DNA of 64,000 nucleotides from Eledone cirrhosa (lineage: Eukaryota), in the NCBI GenBank assembly GCA_964016885.1, contig OZ024758.1:8618001-8682000 (forward strand), read 5' to 3'. A program made the translations under genes and the position numbers. The notes beneath the pieces were generated by a model. That model ran no database searches and was not told the origin of the DNA. It was given only the letters and a program-made list of their open reading frames with translations. Below are positions 1-14,187 of this stretch, in pieces; positions within the stretch are counted from its first letter, which is position 1; every line of letters begins with the position of its first letter.

Positions 1-144
1 CAACATAATATGAAGTAAATTCTTGAAAGAAGGTAAAATAAAAACATTTTAATTGATTTAAACCTTATTAAATGAAACGGGAAATTTTTAAATATATTTT
101 TATTTCATAGTTTTTAAATAGAAAAATATGAAATATGGAATGGA

Positions 145-592
<448 letters not shown>

Positions 593-685
593 CTCCCAGC
601 TCTATTAATAGTATCATGCTGTACTTTTCCTTCAGCGTTTGTTTAAAATATTAAGAAAAAATACCAATTTCACACATTGGTTTAA

Positions 686-735
686 AGTTTAAGACATAAC
701 GCAGTGTATGGTAAAGTGTCTACTGTATGTGTGAT

Positions 736-766
<31 letters not shown>

Positions 767-809
767 AAAGACATATCGCTGTGTATGGTAAAGTGTCTAC
801 TGTATGTGT

Positions 810-846
<37 letters not shown>

Positions 847-963
847 GACATATCGCTGTGTATGGTAAAGTGTCTACTGTATGTGTGATTGTGTGTGTGT
901 GTTTGTGTGTGTGTGGATGTAAAGACATATCGCTGTGTATGGTAAAGTGTCTACTGTATGTGT

Positions 964-1002
<39 letters not shown>

Positions 1003-1042
1003 GACATAACGCTGTGTATGGTAAAGTGTCTACTGTATGTGT

Positions 1043-1081
<39 letters not shown>

Positions 1082-1121
1082 GACATAACGCTGTGTATGG
1101 TAAAGTGTCTACTGTATGTGT

Positions 1122-1160
<39 letters not shown>

Positions 1161-1354
1161 GACATAACGCTGTGTATGGTAAAGTGTCTACTGTATGTGT
1201 GATTGTGTGTGTGTGTTTGTGTGTGTGTGGATGTAAAGACATATCGCTGTGTATGGTAAAGTGTCTACTGTATGTGTGATTGTGTGTGTGTGTTTGTGTG
1301 TGTGTGGATGTAAAGACATATCGCTGTGTATGGTAAAGTGTCTACTGTATGTGT

Positions 1355-1393
<39 letters not shown>

Positions 1394-1590
1394 GACATAA
1401 CGCTGTGTATGGTAAAGTGTCTACTGTATGTGTGATTGTGTGTGTGTGTTTGTGTGTGTGTGGATGTAAAGACATATCGCTGTGTATGGTAAAGTGTCTA
1501 CTGTATGTGTGATTGTGTGTGTGTGTTTGTGTGTGTGTGGATGTAAAGACATATCGCAGTGTATGGTAAAGTGTCTACTGTATGTGTGAT

Positions 1591-1621
<31 letters not shown>

Positions 1622-2041
1622 AAAGACATAACGCTGTGTATGGTAAAGTGTCTACTGTATGTGTGATTGTGTGTGTGTGTTTGTGTGTGTGTGGATGTAA
1701 AGACATATCGCTGTGTATGGTAAAGTGTCTACTGTATGTGTGATTGTGTGTGTGTGTTTGTGTGTGTGTGGATGTAAAGACATATCGCTGTGTATGGTAA
1801 AGTGTCTACTGTATGTGTGATTGTGTGTGTGTGTGTGTGTGTGTGGATGTAAAGATATATCGCTGTGTATGGGAAAGTGTCTACTGTATGTGTGATTGTG
1901 TGTGTGTGTGTGTGTGTGTGTAAAGACATATCGCTGTGTATGGTAAAGTGTCTACTGTATGTGTGATTGTGTGTGTGTGTTTGTGTGTGTGTGGATGTAA
2001 AGATATATCGCTGTGTATGGGAAAGTGTCTACTGTATGTGT

Positions 2042-2076
<35 letters not shown>

Positions 2077-2090
2077 GACATATCGCTGTG
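686..2090. repeat. ~71-79 bp compound minisatellite, about 19 units: constant ~45 bp core plus variable (GT)n
   Basis: Core aaagacata(a/t)cgctgtgtatggtaaagtgtctactgtatgtgtgatt recurs roughly every 77 bp; degenerate units continue to ~2450. Confidence 0.95.
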
Positions 2091-2153
2091 TGTTTAAAGT
2101 TTATTTACTATATATATGTGTGTGTTTATTTGTTCATGTTTGTGTGTGTGTGT

Positions 2154-2185
<32 letters not shown>

Positions 2186-2318
2186 GTGTTTGTGTGTGTG
2201 TGCGTATGTTTATTTGTTCATGTGTGTGTGTGAGCGAGAGAGAGTGTGTGTGTGTGTATGTGTGTGTGTGGATGTAAAGACATCGCTGTGTATGTTTAAA
2301 GTGTATCTACTATATATA

Positions 2319-2374
<56 letters not shown>

Positions 2375-3568
2375 TGTGTGTGTGTATGTTTATTTGTTCA
2401 TGTGTGTGTGTGTGGATGTAAAGACGTATCGCTGTCTATGTTTAAAGTGTATTTACTATATATATATATGTGTGTGTAGGTACCTATGTATGTGTATATA
2501 CACATGTGTCGATGTGTGTGTGTGTGTGTGTGTGTGTATACTTATGCATGTGTACGTCTAAGTGTATGTGTATGAATATGTGTATGTGTGCGCATAATGT
2601 ATGCATATGTGTATGAATGTGTATAGGTGTATGTGAATGAGTGTATGTATGTGTAAGTGTATGTGTATGTATATATGTATGTGTATGTGTATGTGTACAT
2701 ATGTGCATGTATATATGTATGTGTATGTATATATGTATGCATATGTATATGTGTATGTATATATATATATGTGTGTATGTGTACGTGTACATATATATAT
2801 ATATGTATATATGTATATATGTATATATGTATGTGTATGTATATGTGTACATATATGTGTATGTATACATATATGTGTATGTATATATGTATGTGTATGT
2901 GTATGTATATGCGTACACATATGTATATATGTATATATGTATGTGCATGTATATGTGTACATATATATATATATGTATATATGTATATATGTATATATGC
3001 ATGTGTATGTATATGTGTACATATATATATATATGTATATATGTATATATGTATATATGTATGTGCATGTATATGTGTACATATATATATATATATGTAT
3101 ATATGTATATATGTATATATGTATGTGTATGCATATATGTACACATGTGTACACATGTGTATGTATATATGTATCTGTATATGTATGTGTATGTGTATGT
3201 CCATGTATATGTATATGCATGTGTACCTCTACGTGTACGTGTATGTGTATGCGTATGTAATTTTTGAATTTCATTAATGATATTAAAATATAATTACAAA
3301 ACTGCCAATTAAGCTCCTCGACAAACAAGAGCCCGAGCCTGATGCGAACACCTGAAATAATCCTCCATAATTCCAGTTTTAGTAAATCTCACACCAATAT
3401 TTCGGGTGTCAAAGAATAAATTAGAAATACCAACTTCTGCTCCTCTCCACAACGCCCCCTTAGAATTCATGAATTCACACAAGCACATATACAGGGATAT
3501 ATGTATATATACATATGGATATATGTATATATACATATATATATGTATATATACATATGGATATATGT

Positions 3569-3671
<103 letters not shown>

Positions 3672-3682
3672 ATATTATGCTA

Positions 3683-3719
<37 letters not shown>

Positions 3720-3752
3720 GATATATATATATAGAGAGAGATAGATAGATAG

Positions 3753-3786
<34 letters not shown>

Positions 3787-3814
3787 TTATATATATATAT
3801 ATATAATCTATATA

Positions 3815-3864
<50 letters not shown>

Positions 3865-3897
3865 ATATTATGCTATATTTATATATATATATATAAT

Positions 3898-3949
<52 letters not shown>

Positions 3950-4208
3950 TATTACAAAAATATGAGGAAATAATAGACAAAAATATACCTATTTTTTCTT
4001 CAAAGTCCTGACTGCAAGCTTCTTATTACTATTGGAAACTTTAAAATCAATGGTGATGTGGATAGACTATACTTCTCACGCAAGGAAGGGGACCGGGGCT
4101 CTAAAATCCATAGACGAGATCCGGATAGTAACACTGAAGCAACCTCTTCAGCTGAAGAAAAAGGTCAGCAACCATCTTGCCCAGGTTTATGAACACGAAG
4201 GAAATAAT

Positions 4209-4399
4209 TGTTTCTACTTCTTGGCATAAGGCCAGCAATTAACCTAGTGTATTACTGGTACTTTATTTTATCGACCCCGTAAGGATGAAAGGCAAAGTAA
4301 ACCTCGGCGGGATTTGAACTCAGAATGGCAAGTGCCGTAACTCTATGCGTCAAAGCATGGCGTCCGACCCTCTACCGATACTGCCAATCCACCGCCCGT
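4209..4399 (-). mobile_element. Full-length tRNA-derived SINE (Meta-domain-like body) with 12-bp TSD
   Basis: Reverse complement matches the copy at 13889; gaaggaaataat flanks both ends (4197-4208 and 4400-4411). Confidence 0.9.
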
Positions 4400-4789
4400 G
4401 AAGGAAATAATATCATTAGGATAGCCACTGATCTGGAGGAGAGATATGGAATAAGGCCTGATGTAAATCTCTGCCCCCAGGGACATTGGAAGATCCTATT
4501 CAATGCTTGAACAAGATAAAACAATGGACTAATTTACAGAGAACGTTGTGCAAGGGTACCTGAGACGAAAAACACAGACCATAGAGGAGATAAACACCAA
4601 ATTAAAGGACAACCGGCCCGATATTGTTGTTTGGGACTACACATTGAAAACGTGCTCTATTGTAGATTTCAGCTCCCCACTTGATGTCAACGTTGTAAGA
4701 AAAATACAGGAGAGGGACATCTTCAGACCATTGAGGAGTTTGCAGATCCAGTATGCAAGATACACCTTCAGCTTCATACCCATCATTAA

Positions 4790-4932
4790 TTGACGCATGG
4801 AGTTACGTCCTTTGCCATTCTGAGTTCAAATCCCGCCGAGGTTAACTTTGCCTTTCATCCTTACGGGGTCGATAAAATAAAGTACCAGTAATGTACTGGG
4901 TATTTGCTGGCCTTGTGCCAATAGTAGAAACA
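4790..4932 (+). mobile_element. 5'-truncated SINE of the same family
   Basis: gagttcaaatcccgccgaggttaactttgcctttcatcc...ggccttgtgcc; atcatt is duplicated on both sides and the LINE reading frame resumes after it. Confidence 0.9.
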
Positions 4933-5327
4933 ATCATTGGAAGTGTAGGTTATATACCAACCCGCTTGGACCAAAGTATAACTGAACTTGGATTTGTGGT
5001 CAAAGAGCGAAGCTGCCTAATTCTTAGACTACAAATGGCTGCGATATCTGACACCTTCAAAATTTGTAAAACATTCTTGCGATTCAAGGGATGGATGACA
5101 ATTTCTTTTCTTTTACAACCTTGCCACTAGGAAGGTGGCCGGTCAAAAATGTACTCGAAATTAAGAGAAAGAGAAACATACATACATACATACATACAAA
5201 CAAACATACAAACATACATGTATACATATATGCATACACACATACATACACACATACACATATATACACACACATACATACATACATACGTACATACGTA
5301 CATACATACACACACACACACATACAT

Positions 5328-5364
<37 letters not shown>

Positions 5365-5921
5365 TATACATACATACATACATACATACATACATACACA
5401 TACACACATATACATACATACACACATACACATATACATACATACATACACACATACATACATACATTCACACACAAACACATACATACATACATACATA
5501 CACACGCTTAATATTTCTCCTTTCTAGGTTTTTGTAGTTTTGTTTTGTTATTGTTTTCCAGTTCCCTTCTCTTCTTTCTCTATTTCCAACAGAGTGAAAC
5601 ACGTTTTCAGGTGAGATGATAAAGAATAAGGAAGCAATGTAGTAGAATATCAATGGTGATGGTAGTGGTATGAAGGGGGTGGAGAGTCCGTGTCCAGGTG
5701 GGAGAGGAGGGGGGTACAACTTGGTGACGATGTTACTTTTTCACAACTGGTAAGTCAAGAGATAACGCCAAAAAATATGTTTTTCTCTCTATGTACCATC
5801 ATCGCAGTGGTAAGGATAAGTTTTGGGGGTTTTTATTGTTGTTGTTGTTGCTGATGCTGGCAATATTCTAATCTTCTGCAATATGTTTATAAGCATATCT
5901 ATACGCACGCGCACGCGTGTT

Positions 5922-5996
<75 letters not shown>

Positions 5997-6033
5997 CATA
6001 CATAGTTGGCTATAGACTCACATACAGCTGTGA

Positions 6034-6109
<76 letters not shown>

Positions 6110-6127
6110 TATATATTATATATATAC

Positions 6128-6159
<32 letters not shown>

Positions 6160-6239
6160 CTATATATTATATATATATATATATAGTAATAATAATTTCA
6201 GATACATACAAACATACATACACACTTACATACATACAG

Positions 6240-6361
6240 GGTGGCTGCCAACTCGTTTTCGAGTACGGCCACTACTTTATATCCATGTAGGAGAACCCCT
6301 ACCGGTGCGCTGAACGAGTGTGACTTTGTAGTCCAGCCAGCGACTTGAAAACTCTGGTACA
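6240..6361 (-). mobile_element. 3' end of the (TACA)n-embedded RTE-like element
   Basis: Near-identical to 56119-56240, with the same terminal boundary next to (TACA)n. Confidence 0.8.
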
Positions 6362-6477
6362 TCCATACATACATACATACACACATACATATAACACATA
6401 CATATAACACATACATATAACATATACATACATGCGTACATACGTACATACACACATACACACATACATACATACAT

Positions 6478-6508
<31 letters not shown>

Positions 6509-6609
6509 TACATACATACATACATACATACATACATACATACATACACACATACATACATACATATTTACATACAGACGCTTAATATTTCTCCTTTCTA
6601 GGTTTTTGT

Positions 6610-6660
6610 AGTTTCAGAAGATCCCGTTAAGGGTGAAAGCAGCGATTCTTTGCTTAAACT
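6610..6660 (+). ncRNA. Degenerate type I hammerhead ribozyme, family K (core CAGAAGA, U4->A)
   Basis: AGTTT-CAGAAGA-t CCC gttaa GGG t-GAAA-GCA..TGC-TT-AAACT: helices I, II and III pair but the core has one substitution. Related family fragments at 30893-31075, 42270-42425, 44758, 45023 and 50590-50690. Confidence 0.5.
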
Positions 6661-6712
6661 TTAATCTGTTATTTTAATAAATATATATATATTATATATA
6701 TATATATATAAT

Positions 6713-6804
<92 letters not shown>

Positions 6805-6846
6805 ATTCAAATATTAATAAAATAGATGTTCTTGTGATCAATTAAA

Positions 6847-6910
6847 TTTTATTATACATATTTCAGAGGTACGTGAATCAGGTTCAACAGTACGTCCTCA
6901 TCAGATAAAA
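6847..6910 (-). ncRNA. Type I hammerhead ribozyme, family D, in a (TA)n-embedded element (6797-6992)
   Basis: Reverse complement: TTTTAT-CTGATGA-GGA c GTAC..GTAC c TCT-GAAA-TATGTA-TA|ATAAAA. Confidence 0.75.
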
Positions 6911-7135
6911 TAAAATGATACATGACATACCCTGAGATGTTAGATGGTTGAGATACTTTGATGTACTCATTGAATCTTGTTTAACTCTTTAATATATATA
7001 TATATGTAAAAGTTATATTTAAATTGTTGGGATACAACAAGCAAATATTTTTATAACTGATATAAAGCACTCAACAAATTATTGGAGTAAAAACGATATA
7101 TTAACAAATGGAAACTATATTTATAAAACCATATT

Positions 7136-7200
7136 TATTTCATTATACATATTTCAAGGACACCAAGTCAAATTATGGTGCGCTTTCATCAGACAAAATA
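7136..7200 (-). ncRNA. Type I hammerhead ribozyme, family E
   Basis: Reverse complement: TATTTTGT-CTGATGA-AAG..CACCA..TGGTG..CTT-GAAA-TATGTA-TA|ATGAAATA. Confidence 0.75.
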
Positions 7201-7332
7201 TAATATAGATCAGTTTTATAAATAAATATTGACATACCCTTAAAGAATGCGACCATTTCTGGAGCTTCCAACAGAAATGGTCGCATTCTTTAAGGGTATG
7301 TCAATATTTATTTATAAAACTGCTCTATATTA

Positions 7333-7397
7333 TATTTTATCTGATGAAAGTGCACCATAATTTAACTTGGTGTCCTTGAAATATGTATAATGAAATA
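7333..7397 (+). ncRNA. Type I hammerhead ribozyme, family E (inverted partner)
   Basis: TATTTTAT-CTGATGA-AAGtgCACCA..TGGTGtcCTT-GAAA-TATGTA-TA|ATGAAATA. Confidence 0.8.
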
Positions 7398-7780
7398 AAT
7401 ATGGTTTTATAAATATAGTTTCCATTTGTTAATATATCGTATATATATATATATATATTCACATTTCTTATTACTATATATATATGACATAATGGATAAT
7501 GTGCTTCAGGTTTCCATGCACGTAGAAAAAAGATGGGATGGCCAGAGTTTGGAATACCTTTAATGATCAAGGTTGAGGATAAAACAACACAGACATATGT
7601 AGTCTCCACGCGAGGTAATCGTATCTCTTTTATTTAATTTGAACCTAACATAAAATCCAATTTCCAAACGAAACACTATCGGAAACAGCGTTTATTTTTT
7701 TATGTGAATATTTTATATACATTCTATAACTATTTATGAAACTACAGATATTATGATTAGATAAACATACACACACACAC

Positions 7781-7964
<184 letters not shown>

Positions 7965-8003
7965 CTTGTTCAAATCTGACTTCCTATTGTGACTCTTCCT
8001 TCC

Positions 8004-8109
<106 letters not shown>

Positions 8110-8137
8110 ACACATACATATATATATATTTATATAC

Positions 8138-8171
<34 letters not shown>

Positions 8172-8317
8172 GTGTGTATATATATATATATGTGTGTGTG
8201 TATATATATGTATGTATATATATATATGTATGTGTATATATATACCTTTCTAATGTATATATATATATGCTTTGTTCGGCATATATGTTTGTGTACTCTA
8301 GTTATATACATAATATA

Positions 8318-8363
<46 letters not shown>

Positions 8364-8389
8364 GGGGGGGGGGTTTGTGTCCGCCTGTA

Positions 8390-8454
<65 letters not shown>

Positions 8455-8874
8455 GTACACACACACGCGCGTGTAGGGGTGTGGTGTAGAAGGAGGGGGT
8501 TGTATGATGCTGATCCATTTTAGGCAAATAAAAAAAATCTGATATAAAATAAAAGGAAATTTAGAAAAGACAGAACCATATAAAAAATATCAGCTCGAAT
8601 AAAATGATCCAATTAAAAGTAAATTGAGACAGAAGGTGTTAATATAGTGAATTATTGGAAGGTGATCAAATTTAGAGCAATCTAGTACCACCTATCATCA
8701 GCTGCTACAACAACATTATATTACCTATCAAATCTGTTCATTCTAGTTATTTATGTTAGTAATATAATAAAGATTTTATTGGCAAGGACTTTTGTCTATT
8801 ATCTCCCTTACTTGGGCTTCTCTTCTAACCGTCTCTACTTTAGTAAAGTTACTATAAAGGCTGATATAGATATA

Positions 8875-9498
8875 TCTATATATTACTAAAATAGATAATT
8901 GCTTGCTTGCTTGTCTGTAATGTAATACAGCCAAAATGGCGCATAATGGGAAAATATTCTGAAAGGAAGTTGACCCTGAAATGGGAATTCAAATGGAATA
9001 AAACAAGTTTCGCGTAAATCGAAGCATGGGTTCCCGGGATATGGCGTTTTCTGGGTACCTTCATAAACTGAGAGAGAGAAGGATAGAGGGAAAGAGATAG
9101 TGTTTGTGAGAGAGTAGATTGAAAGAGAGAGACATAGAGAGAGGGAGAGGAGACAGAGAAGGAAAATGGAAGAGAGAGCTGGTGGTGTTGTTGTGTGTAT
9201 ATATATATATGTGTGTGTGTCTATGACTAGTGTATATAGATCACAAGCACCCACACATATATACACAGACACACTCACAAACATATATATATATATGTAT
9301 GTGTGTGTGTATGTATACACACACACATTTATATATATACATACACACACTTATATATATATATAGGCCTTCCAGTTTCATTTCACATTATATACATGTC
9401 TGTGAATATTTTAATCATTTAAAAATTATTTTTAAGAACATGATTTAAAAAAAATACTTTTGAAGTGAACGTGACCCAACGGCTCACGGGTGGTCTAG
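8875..9498 (+). mobile_element. Non-autonomous Helitron
   Basis: 5' a|TCTATATATTACTAAAA; 3' hairpin CGTGAcccaacggcTCACG followed by ggtggtCTAG|t; A|T insertion site with no TSD; internal microsatellites. Confidence 0.75.
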
Positions 9499-9502
9499 TA
9501 TA

Positions 9503-9670
9503 TAATTGTTTCTACTTTAGGCACAAGGCCAGCAAATAACCAGTACATTACTGGTACTTTATTTTATCGACCCCGTAAGGATGAAAGACAAAGTTAACCT
9601 CGACGGGATTTGAACTCAGACCGTAACGAGACGTAACTATGCTAGAAAGCATGGCGTCCGACCCTCTACC
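9503..9670 (-). mobile_element. tRNA-derived SINE (Meta-domain-like family)
   Basis: ggcacaaggccagc...ttttatcgaccccgtaaggatgaaag...gatttgaactcag...gtccgaccctctacc. Confidence 0.9.
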
Positions 9671-11351
9671 AGGAAATTTAGATTTGGCTTCGTCGTTAGA
9701 ATGTTTGATATTTGTCTGGGGTCCCTGAGATATGAGTTCAAATCCTGCCTTTCATCCATTCCAGATCGATAAAAAGTATAAGTCTACTGTGGTCGCTTAT
9801 TCCTCTTTTTCTTCCTAACTTCCTCTCTCTCTCCCACTTATTATCTTTCTTGGAAGAAGTCTGCTGTATTCAGGCTTGGATGAGCTCCTCCGGGTTTAAA
9901 AGTACCCTACATATGCCGTGTGTCACTTGACTTCATCAAGAGTTACTGGACCATAACACACCCAATGAGGTTCTCCTCCAACCATTTCGTCTCTCCTTTA
10001 GTAAAGTTACTATAAAACTGTTGATCTGGCATCGTTTAATATTTGTTTCAGGTTTCTCTGTTCTAAGTTCTAATCCCACCGAGGTCCCCTTTACCTTTCA
10101 TCATTTCAGCGACCCAGTGTTGGGGCAGCTCTCTTTCCTTCTTTCGCTCATGCTGTCATATCCTGGAGGTTCCACTAGATCAATGGCGGGAGGGTCGAAA
10201 GAGTGTCTGTGTCTGCTCGTGGCAGCATGAATGCCTAAAAACCTTAGTGAAAGTATGTTAAAGAATACCAAATCCTACTTCACGCCACGAAAGCGGGGTA
10301 AGCACTGGCCTGGCGAGTCTCCTGGCTTGAGACAGACTTTAAACTAGACATCCAGGTAGATGTTTTCTCATTGGCTCACTCTCCGAAGTGTGCCCTGTAG
10401 GTACAAGGTCTTTCTGAGAAATGTACCTGTAAATTCACCGAGGTGATTAGTCACTTTTCCACAAACACAACTAAAATCACCTCATATAAAGATAGGTGGA
10501 TCTTTCACTTCACCTTTATGTCATGTGAAGTGAAACCTCTCATGTAAGCTTTGCTGGACTCTCATCAATACAATCTCGTTATCTGATTGTTATTCAACTG
10601 ATTTAACTTCATTAGATAACAATAATCCTTGGCTTGTCTTTTCCCACACAAGACAGTATAGACCGACATATGCCTCATGAAAGGAATATATATTTATGTA
10701 TCTAACAACAGTTCATTTTTTATTCCATATATATTCTTGAAGAAATTTCCCCATTTGTTCCGCGCTTGAAAAGTTATTTTCCTCATAAATTATGATTGAT
10801 TAATCCCTAATTATCTTTGATAATTATTATTTATGAAAAGATGTAAGGTAAGAACGCCAAAGGCATGCTGGGATTGCGGCCAACTTCACAACGAGATTAT
10901 CATTAGATTTGTACTAAACGTTAACAACTTTAGGAGTTGAAATTTCGCTATAGGTGTGCCGTAAATTGCAATTTCTCTCGATCCTGGCAATGATTCTATT
11001 GATCTACTATCTGATATGTCCCAAGTTTTCCACAGATTTCAAGGCCAGATAATAATTGGCACTTCAGGTGTCTCCATTTATTATCGTCTGCCAAATTAAG
11101 TGGAAAAGACAACGACGTTTTCTCAAGTAATTTTTCTTGTTTTTGTTTTTCTTGTTTTCCGTTTTTTATATTATCAATGTCGGAAAGGGTTGCCTTCTTC
11201 TTTATCTCGCTTCCATTGCTGGTTTTATTGGTTGCTGAGACTTATTCTCTGAAATGAATTCCTTGATTCTCAAAAAAAAAAAAAATAGAATCTATTAATT
11301 CATTAAGTCTCATTTGTTTTCTTTTTTATTAAACTATCTTGAATAATAATC

Positions 11352-11418
<67 letters not shown>

Positions 11419-11550
11419 TGTGTGTGTACGTATTTGTGTGCGTTTGCGTGTGCGAGCGTGTATGTATGTATATATATGGGTTGGTAGTGGGGGGGGGGGG
11501 TAGATAGGTAGCTATGCATACATATATATATATATAAAGAGAGAGAGGGG

Positions 11551-11618
<68 letters not shown>

Positions 11619-11631
11619 TTGGTACTTTACA

Positions 11632-11919
11632 CTCTAAAAAATCTAAAGTCTGTCTTAAGCCAGAAGGCTCATTTGGCCGGTGCTTATCCTGGTTTCATGG
11701 CGTGAAGCAATTGAGAGTACAAGACTTCCCCCTGGACAGGACGCCAGTCCATCGCAGGGTTAAGCCCCCAGCTATTGCTGGTACTCATTTTCAGCTGAGT
11801 ATACTGGAGCAACGTGAAATGATGTGTTTTGCTCAAGAACACAACACACAACCCAGGAATCGAACCCACGACATTATGATCTTATGTCCAGCAACCTTAC
11901 CAGTAGGCCACGTGCCTCC
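11632..11919 (-). mobile_element. tRNA-derived CORE-type SINE
   Basis: Reverse complement has A box (tggcctactgg), B box (ggttcgattcc), CORE-like ttgagcaaaacac..cagtatactcagctgaaaatgag and an aaccctgcgatggactgg tail. Confidence 0.85.
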
Positions 11920-12301
11920 ACGGTGCCATACCGAAGTCCCTTATATGACATCCCAGTCAATAATAACTGTTAATTACAAACCTTTTCTTAAATACCTTTG
12001 CCGTCATATATGGTAATGTTTACTTTAACAAGAATATATAGAAAGCTTTGCAAGTGATGTGTCAACAATTCCAATCAATGAGCCAACCACAGAATGTTTC
12101 CATTGTCTCACGAGCTGACCTGCTAAAAGTAGCAACCTAATATCCATCAAGTCACACCCTAGAGTTTTAAATTAAGAAGGGTACATTGTGAAATGTAGCC
12201 TGTGATATATAGAAGTAGGGCTATGGTGGAATACATTTTGGACGTATTTCAGCTCGATCAGTGATAACGTGGAAATGAAGAACAAAAACGCAAGAGAGAG
12301 A

Positions 12302-12332
<31 letters not shown>

Positions 12333-12727
12333 TGGGTGTGTGTGTGTGTGTGCGTGTGCGTGTGCGTGTGCGTGTGCGTGTGTGTGTGTGTCGCGGGTTT
12401 GCGAGATCACCGGAATGGCCATTTAATCAAAAAGGTTTGCTTCGCATTGACATGGTTTCGTATATTGGCGAAAAATGTAAACATCGGCCAGAAAACAGAA
12501 AGGTCTGTCACTTTCGCCGTCAGAAACTCAGTGAAACAATAACTCATACACTGGACATCTGTACCCAAACCCAATAACGCTGTAGTTTACCAATTCACTA
12601 TATCCCAAATTAAGATTATCAGATTGAATAGGGAATCTTTACTCGTCAAAATGTTGCAAGCAGTGCCCCTCCTATGCGGAGTACACCTATGCGGGGTACC
12701 TATGCGGGGTACACTGGCAATCTTTCA

Positions 12728-12926
12728 TACGAGGGTCAGCTGAAAAGTTCGTTGAGTCAGTTGGAAAGAAACAAGGCAGTTATTAATAAGAAGAGTTGTA
12801 ATTAATGCATGCAAGATTTCACAGCCCCAGCATCACTCCTTCACTGTCAGCCTATGTTGAAAAATAAAACTTATTTGGTCATTCCCTGAGAGTATTTTGG
12901 TTAGCCTCTTCCAGCCGAGCCTCGTA
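12728..12926. mobile_element. Mariner-type MITE (internally rearranged copy)
   Basis: TACGAGG...CCTCGTA ends; internal blocks shared with 15458-15662. Confidence 0.75.
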
Positions 12927-13714
12927 TTTTATGATTTTATTATCGTCTTTATAAGGATAAAAGACACAACCGACGTTGGCGAGATTCGAACACAGAGCGA
13001 AGAGAGCTGAAACAAATACCGCAAGGTAATTTTGTAGTGTGTTTTAATAATTCCACCAATCCACTGCCCGGGACTAGTAGTTCATTTTATCCTCTTCGTA
13101 CGGTTAAAACAAAGCTGACGATGACGAGATTTTAACACAGAGCTGGAAGAAATACCACAAGGTAAGTTTCTCCTACGTTCTAACGATTCTGCCAATGTTT
13201 CCAGATATATGATATGCAACATATCGAAGCTATATTTCATAGATGAAAACTATGAAAAGTAAAAAATAAAATGAATGTCACTCAATCATCACACATTCGT
13301 TTAAATATATCACTTTTAAAATGAATTTTGATGGAAAAAAAAAATATCGTCGCATTTATACACAAAATTCAATTCCTAATGAAAGCTATGAATGTTTTGG
13401 TCGAGGAGGAGAGAGAAAATTAGGCAAGTTCGTTGATATTTTTCTTTCTTTTTAAAGAAATGTTACTGCTATCATCAATGTTATTGATAATATTACTGCT
13501 GCTACTGTTGCTGGTGGTGTTCTTGTTGTTAGTCCTAATTGGAAATTGATTAAATGTTCAAACCTCACCCAACGTAGAGGAATCGGCTCTAGTAGTGGTG
13601 TAGATAATCGGCAGTGTGTATATACGATAGCCGACTTCCCTACGTTGAGTGAGGTTTCAACATTTAATCAATTCCAAACTTACAAACACACACACACACA
13701 CACATACATATATA

Positions 13715-13865
<151 letters not shown>

Positions 13866-13888
13866 ATATATATATATATATTTATTAT

Positions 13889-14075
13889 GGTGGATTGGCA
13901 GTATCGGTAGAGGGTCGGACGCCATGCTTTCCAGCATAGTTACGTCCCTTTACGATCTGAGTTCAAATCCCGCCGAGGTTGACTTTGCCTTTCATCCTTA
14001 CGGGGTCGATAAAATAAAGTACCAGTAATGTACTGGGGTAATTGCTGGCCTTGTGCCTAAAATAGAAACAATTAT
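13889..14075 (+). mobile_element. Full-length tRNA-derived SINE (Meta-domain-like family)
   Basis: A-box-like tggcagtatcgg, B box gagttcaaatcc, body gccgaggttgactttgcctttcatcc..ggggtcgataaa..taccag; near-identical to 37540-37720. Other copies at ~15680-15795, 28790-28850, 32112-32235, 32370-32470, 48005-48150, 51179-51350 and 60930-61005. Confidence 0.92.
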
Positions 14076-14096
14076 TATCTTCTTTTTACCTTGAAC

Positions 14097-14144
<48 letters not shown>

Positions 14145-14156
14145 CAAATATATACA

Positions 14157-14187
<31 letters not shown>

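Larger units (their letters stand above)
4005..5177 (+). mobile_element. Fragmented 3' part of an R4/Dong-like non-LTR retrotransposon with restriction-like endonuclease (RLE), interrupted by two SINEs
   Basis: Conceptual translation gives GNFKINGDVDRLYFSRKEG..GLKSI (post-RT motif), NRPDIVVWD..CSIVDFSSPLDVNV (PD-D/E RLE core) and IIGSVGYIP...LQMAAISDTFKICKTFLRF (C-terminus); the 3' UTR runs into (CATA)n. Confidence 0.8.
7005..7440 (-). mobile_element. PLE-like pLTR fragment, family E, with ~169-bp inverted arms (7093-7261 / 7272-7440)
   Basis: Near-perfect inverted repeat between (TA)n tracts; the extra tail at 7005-7093 matches the tail of the copy at 31447-31716. Confidence 0.8.

Noticed and set aside
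686-2090. CRISPR-like repeat/spacer array
   Set aside because: The 'spacers' are only variable-length (GT)n, there are no cas genes, and the context is eukaryotic.
3335-3366. Hammerhead-like CTGATGC..GAAAT
   Set aside because: Core mismatch and no convincing helices I and III.
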